DNA of 64,000 bases from Barthelona sp. PCE (taxonomy: Eukaryota): positions 310,001 to 374,000 of the forward strand of contig JAUFOR010000002.1 of assembly GCA_040285745.1 (NCBI GenBank), given 5' to 3'. The notes under the pieces were generated by a model. It did no database searches and was not told where the DNA came from. It saw nothing but the letters and a program-made list of their open reading frames with translations. Shown here piece after piece: positions 59,458-64,000 of this stretch. Position numbers and translations under genes: made by a program. The stretch's first letter is position 1. Every line of letters starts with the position of its first letter.

Positions 59458-60360
59458 ATGGACATGAACAATACTAAACACGGCGATAAGAGAGCTTCTT
59501 TCACTGGTAATGCTATGTTCCACACTTTTGTAGTAATACTTCAGTTTTCAAGCTTTATTGGGACTTCTTTCATTAAAAACGAGACAGTTTCTAAGATTAT
59601 TGTATGCTTCACCCTCACAATGACCCTTTGTTCATTGCTATTGGCACGTATTTCCAACAATTTTTTTGCGGGATTTCTTCTTTTTTTCAGGGCTATCTTT
59701 TTGTTCTACTGTGGGCTAATTGTTGCTACATTCCTTTGCATCATTAAAAACAATTTGTTGGGCTATTATCCTGATTCTTACAATTTTAGCTGGATACCAA
59801 GCAGTTCCCTATTCATTAATGGTATCACTGTGATTTCGTACGTCTTTATAGGTGCCATAATCATTCTTTATCCGCTCGTCGTACTCCAATCAATCTTTAT
59901 GTTGATTCAACTACCAGGTACCGTGTTTTGGAGCAATGATATGAAAGCTTGGAAGCTCTTAGTTTATCTTGGGTTCTCTTTTGCCACCTTTATGCTGTAT
60001 GTATTATTCATATTCAGCACAAATATGTTTTTTTTGATAACAAGCGCTATTATTGGCATCATTTTGCTGTCATTTTTGTTTTGTTTTGCTCTTGCATCAC
60101 TTGTAGAGCTTGAGGTTATACTTTCTCATGGTTTATTCGTGCAAAAATGGCAGTTTTTTATTGTTACAGGTTTACCTGGAATTTTGTGTTTTTTTGAAAC
60201 TTTCTTTACCTTTTACAAGCTTGTTGTTCCCAAATTCTCTTCGGATGTGGTCACGTCAATGGTTTTATCAGTCTCTCTTGTTCTTTCTATTGTTTTTATT
60301 GGCTGGATGCGTGAAACATCAAAAAATAGTAGTGAATATACATATCTAACTCTGGTTTGA
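59458..60360 (+). CDS. Hypothetical polytopic membrane protein (about 8 TM)
   Basis: Almost entirely hydrophobic, 300 aa; tail ends in YTYL/YLTL (YxxPhi-like). Confidence 0.7.
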   Translation: MDMNNTKHGDKRASFTGNAMFHTFVVILQFSSFIGTSFIKNETVSKIIVCFTLTMTLCSLLLARISNNFFAGFLLFFRAIFLFYCGLIVATFLCIIKNNLLGYYPDSYNFSWIPSSSLFINGITVISYVFIGAIIILYPLVVLQSIFMLIQLPGTVFWSNDMKAWKLLVYLGFSFATFMLYVLFIFSTNMFFLITSAIIGIILLSFLFCFALASLVELEVILSHGLFVQKWQFFIVTGLPGILCFFETFFTFYKLVVPKFSSDVVTSMVLSVSLVLSIVFIGWMRETSKNSSEYTYLTLV

Positions 60361-60624
60361 TATGTCATATCGTATCTAAGAATATGGTAGCACAGTAAAC
60401 CTTAAGAAACGTTTAGAATGATGTATAGATCTTGAGAATCAAGGGCTATTCAATGGACACCCACAAAAAATCATCATACTGACGTCTTCTTCACTATACA
60501 TTACTACATAAACACCCAGGTATGTATATAGCAGCAGTTAAGCCTGAAATAAACTCTAGAATTATAAAAATCATACTTCTGAAGTTTTAACCTCTTTCTG
60601 CATTAGCACACCACTAATTTCACT

Positions 60625-62223
60625 ATGTCAAAGACTGAAAGCGAAAACGTTGTTGTTGAAACCCCCGAAACACAGACTCAAAACGAACAAAAAGGTCAAG
60701 CCAAACACAAAGGCCGTAAGATGAAGAGGACCACCAATTTGCGTCCCGAAGTTGGTCACACGTGCCAGATTGATCCCAATGTGGATTTCTCATCCTGGTT
60801 TGAGACAATCTGTGCTGAGAGTGAGACTACTGAGCTTCTCTCAACTCAATACCCCGTCAAGGGTTCATACGTACTGATGAAGTTCGGTGCCTATGCCATG
60901 AAGGAGATTTTCCGAATGATCGAGGATGTCCAAGAAGAGTCTGGTCATGAATTACACTATTTCCCCCAGTTAATTCCCAAACCCTTGCTTGAGGCTGAGG
61001 AGGACCACCTCGAGGGATTCTCTGCCGAGGTTTACTGGGTTAATCAAGGAGGTAACAACGAACTTGATGTTCCACTTGCGCTTCGTCCAACCAGTGAAAC
61101 TGTCATCTATCACATGTTTGCTAAGTGGATTCACTCTTGGCGCGATCTCCCCATGAAGGTCCATCAGACCTGTAACGTTTTCCGTTACGAAACATCTGCT
61201 ACTCGTCCCCTCATCAGGACACGTGAAGTATTCTGGAATGAAGCACATACTGTCCACGCCACTGAAGAGGAGGCACTTGCCAATATGGAGCAGGCATGGA
61301 AAGATTATGACTCAGTCCTCATTGACCAGCTCGCTATCTCTGGTTTGAAGTTGGTACGTCCCAAGTTCGATTCTTTCCCCGGTGGTGAGCATTCTGAGGT
61401 TCTTGATGTGCGCATGCCCTGTGGTCGTGTTCTTCAAACCGTAGGTGCCCACTATCTTGGTCAGAAATTTGCCAAGATGTGCGACATCAAGTTCTTAGAT
61501 AAGCAGCAGAAGGTTGCCTATCCTTGGATGACATGCTACGGTATTTCCACTCGTGTCCTTGCTGCCTGTCTCGCCCTGAACGGTGATGCTAGAGGTATGG
61601 TTTTACCCCCCGCTATTGCCAGGTACCATGTTGTTATTGTTCCCATTCTTATTGGTAACAAGGCTGTCCGTACACAAATCCTTGAGGCTGCTAATGAAAT
61701 GTTTAGTGAGCTCAAGGCTGCTGGCATTCGTGTCACTATCGATGATGATGCAAAGGTTAAGCCCGGTCAGAAGTATTACAAGTGGGAGATGAAGGGTGTC
61801 CCAATCCGTATCGAACTCGGAAAGAGAGATCTTGCTGCCAACAAGTGTGTTTTCGCAAAGAGAACCACTGGTGAAAAGATTGATGTTCCCCTTGAAACAA
61901 TTGTTGAGACTGTCCGTGTTGTTCTTGATGAGCAGCAACAGTACCTTACTGAACGTAACCAGAATCGTCTTGATGGTCTTATTGATACATGTCACACTCT
62001 TGAGGAGCTCAAGGTTTGTGTTGAGGACAAGAAGATTGGTCGCATCCCTGTCGCTTGCATGGATATGGAAGGAAAGGCTATTGATGAGCGTGTACACGAA
62101 GCTACTGGTGCTGAGATTCGCGGTTGGATTAGAACTGAGGAACAACCAGATGATGAGGATATCAAGTGTATCGTCACTGGCCAGAAGGCCAATTTCTGGG
62201 GTTATGCTGCACGTGCTTATTAA
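60625..62223 (+). CDS. proS: Prolyl-tRNA synthetase, archaeal/eukaryal type
   Basis: YPVKG, LALRPTSET, SWRDLP, FRYE..TRPLIRTRE, HYLGQKF, CYGISTR, PIRIELG, C-terminal ARAY. Confidence 0.97.
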   Translation: MSKTESENVVVETPETQTQNEQKGQAKHKGRKMKRTTNLRPEVGHTCQIDPNVDFSSWFETICAESETTELLSTQYPVKGSYVLMKFGAYAMKEIFRMIEDVQEESGHELHYFPQLIPKPLLEAEEDHLEGFSAEVYWVNQGGNNELDVPLALRPTSETVIYHMFAKWIHSWRDLPMKVHQTCNVFRYETSATRPLIRTREVFWNEAHTVHATEEEALANMEQAWKDYDSVLIDQLAISGLKLVRPKFDSFPGGEHSEVLDVRMPCGRVLQTVGAHYLGQKFAKMCDIKFLDKQQKVAYPWMTCYGISTRVLAACLALNGDARGMVLPPAIARYHVVIVPILIGNKAVRTQILEAANEMFSELKAAGIRVTIDDDAKVKPGQKYYKWEMKGVPIRIELGKRDLAANKCVFAKRTTGEKIDVPLETIVETVRVVLDEQQQYLTERNQNRLDGLIDTCHTLEELKVCVEDKKIGRIPVACMDMEGKAIDERVHEATGAEIRGWIRTEEQPDDEDIKCIVTGQKANFWGYAARAY

Positions 62224-62659
62224 ATAAACCTGTTTTACAACAGATATTCTTTCTCTTGCTTTTACGCTTTAACTGATCACTTATGGGTTTAATATTACCA
62301 TAATCACCGTGATTCGTATGATATAAAATGAATAAAGTGATAAAATGTACTGAAAATTTAAAAATTTACAGTTTTCAACAGATGCACAGCTTTTTCCCTG
62401 TAGTGTGGACAAAGATCCCATATATACGAGATCTCTAATGGTTCACCTGACGCCGAATGGTTGTGCATCTACAAATTCTTTTTTGACCTACAACAGGGTA
62501 TTGGAACCCTTATTTTATTCCCTGTGCACAACAGTCGCTACAAACAGAAGGTTGTCACATACCATTTGCTAATAAATAAACATTTCCTCCTTTTAGGACT
62601 TTTCTCCTTTATCTTAGCCTTTAACTCTTTATATTTTAAAAAAAAAAACTAGAAAAACG

Positions 62660-64000
62660 ATGTCTAACACTTCTCTTGCTTTGTGGGCCGGTCATTTCTC
62701 TGAGGAAACTACTGAGAATGATATTAAGACTTTCTTTAACCAACAGAACATCCAGACTGGTATCATCAAGATCCCTCGCGATACCCAGACTGGTAAGAGC
62801 TACAAATACGCTTACATTAACTTCCCCAATGAAGAAGCTTACAATGAAGCCTTCACTAAGTTGCGTGTCTTTACTCTTGATGGTTGTGAGATCTGTCTCT
62901 CTCCCATTGAACGTGAGTCCAACAGACGTAAGAAGAACAACAACAACTTATACGTCCGTATTGAGGAAGGTGAGATGTGGGAATGCGCAAAGATCATTCA
63001 GGTCTTCTCACAGTTCGGTGAAGTCTTTTCTGCCCGTGTTGCTCGTAACCCCGATGGTAGTGCTTTACCTTGGGCTTATGTTCGTTACTCCTCTGAGGAA
63101 TCTGCCATTGCTTGTTTAGAGCACTGTGCTGAGCACCCTCTTGAGGGTATGAAATTCAAGGTTTCCAGATATCAGGCCCGTGAAGAGCGCAAGAACCTTG
63201 GTTTGAGTGATCAGTTCACCAACATCTACTTCAACTCATTCCCCGAAGCCATGACCGAAGAAGAGATCACTGCCATCTTTGCCGGCTGCGGTACCATCAA
63301 CTCCATCTCTTACAAGACTAGCGAGTTCAAGGGCCGTTACGGTTACTGCAACTTTGTCGAGCACAATGATGCCGTCAAGGCAATCGAGACTCTCAACGGC
63401 ACCAAGCTTAACGAGGAGGATGAGACTGAATTGTACGTTGTCCGTCATAGACCCAAGGCTATTCGCGATCGTGAGCGCATGGAGCAACTTCAGAAGAGCC
63501 GTGAGGAAGCTGAGGAAAAGCGTGCTGGACGTAATCTTTACGTCAAGAACCTTTCTGAAGACATTGACGAGGCCAAGCTCATTGAGATCTTCAAGGAATA
63601 CGGTGAGATCGAATCTGTTCACATTATGCGTGAGCGTGAGGAGCCCCGTAAGCCCCGTGGTTTCGGTTTTGTTTGCTTTGTTGAGAAGGAAGACGCTGAG
63701 ACTGCTTGCGAGCACTTCCAAGATTCTGAGTCTGATCTCTTTGTTACACCTGCCCGTACTCGTAAGGAACGTACTGAGGCCAGGAAACAAGATCAGGAGC
63801 AGATGGGTGGCGTCGAGATGAACATGTGGAACATGGGCGGTATGATGAACAACCAAATGCAACAGCAAGTTGTCATGGATCCTCAGATGATGGCCATGAT
63901 GCAGGCACAGATGCAATCTATGATGATGGCTATGCAACAACCCCAACAGCCCCAACCTGCTGCACCTGTTGAGCTCACTGAGGCTCAACGTCAGGAGTTA
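62660..64000 (+). CDS. PABP: Cytoplasmic poly(A)-binding protein, runs off the window edge
   Basis: Manual translation from MSNTSLALWAG: four RRMs (KYAYINF, WAYVRY, FTNIYF/RYGYCNF, NLYVKNL/RGFGFVCF), M/Q-rich linker, apparent MLLE start (AQRQEL). Not in the ORF track because there is no stop. Confidence 0.92.
   Translation, partial: MSNTSLALWAGHFSEETTENDIKTFFNQQNIQTGIIKIPRDTQTGKSYKYAYINFPNEEAYNEAFTKLRVFTLDGCEICLSPIERESNRRKKNNNNLYVRIEEGEMWECAKIIQVFSQFGEVFSARVARNPDGSALPWAYVRYSSEESAIACLEHCAEHPLEGMKFKVSRYQAREERKNLGLSDQFTNIYFNSFPEAMTEEEITAIFAGCGTINSISYKTSEFKGRYGYCNFVEHNDAVKAIETLNGTKLNEEDETELYVVRHRPKAIRDRERMEQLQKSREEAEEKRAGRNLYVKNLSEDIDEAKLIEIFKEYGEIESVHIMREREEPRKPRGFGFVCFVEKEDAETACEHFQDSESDLFVTPARTRKERTEARKQDQEQMGGVEMNMWNMGGMMNNQMQQQVVMDPQMMAMMQAQMQSMMMAMQQPQQPQPAAPVELTEAQRQEL

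Noticed and set aside
60520-60559. CAG|GTATGT...CTCTAG, a 40-nt candidate 5' UTR intron upstream of ProRS
   Set aside because: Length and donor fit, but the branch position reads ATAAA rather than CTNAY and no coding constraint supports it; only junction reads could rescue it.
61603-63988. Long antisense and off-frame ORFs over ProRS and PABP (143-250 aa)
   Set aside because: Shadows of strongly codon-biased genes; the real PABP frame starts at 62660.
1-64000. Alternative genetic code (TAA/TAG as Gln, as in hexamitid diplomonads) or stop readthrough
   Set aside because: Long conserved genes translate fully in the standard code, and all three stops end genes at the expected C-termini.

Overview
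Gene-dense, AT-rich, intron-poor eukaryotic nuclear DNA in the standard genetic code (TAA, TAG and TGA all end genes), with about 35 protein genes and very short, abutting or overlapping intergenic spaces. It is not prokaryotic: it holds alpha-tubulin, the RNA polymerase I largest subunit, syntaxin, Ras, TRAPPC9, a WDR81-like BEACH protein, WDR5, Prp31, SPT LCB2 and PABP. Two genes are absent from the ORF track (alpha-tubulin at the left edge, PABP at the right edge), and three genes have a 5' exon the track misses (tubulin, syntaxin, Ras). All three introns are phase 0, sit near the 5' end, begin GTATG(T/A) and end in a branch point fused to the acceptor (CTNAY-NTTTAG). The two long introns (103 and 293 nt) can fold so that about 42-50 nt stay outside the closing stem, close to the 39-nt short intron. 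Giardia-like AGTAAAY 3' signals, an archaeal-type ProRS and the tubulin IQHDGQ motif point to a metamonad flagellate (inference, not identification). Other highlights: a GKRP-like tandem-SIS protein that keeps MurQ etherase catalytic motifs, bacterial-type genes, an SLC4 with an EIIA-like domain, miniaturised DPH2 and COG5, and two candidate core-promoter motifs. I found no tRNA, rRNA, CRISPR array or transposon. All homology calls come from recalled motifs, not database searches, and RNA pairings were worked out by eye.
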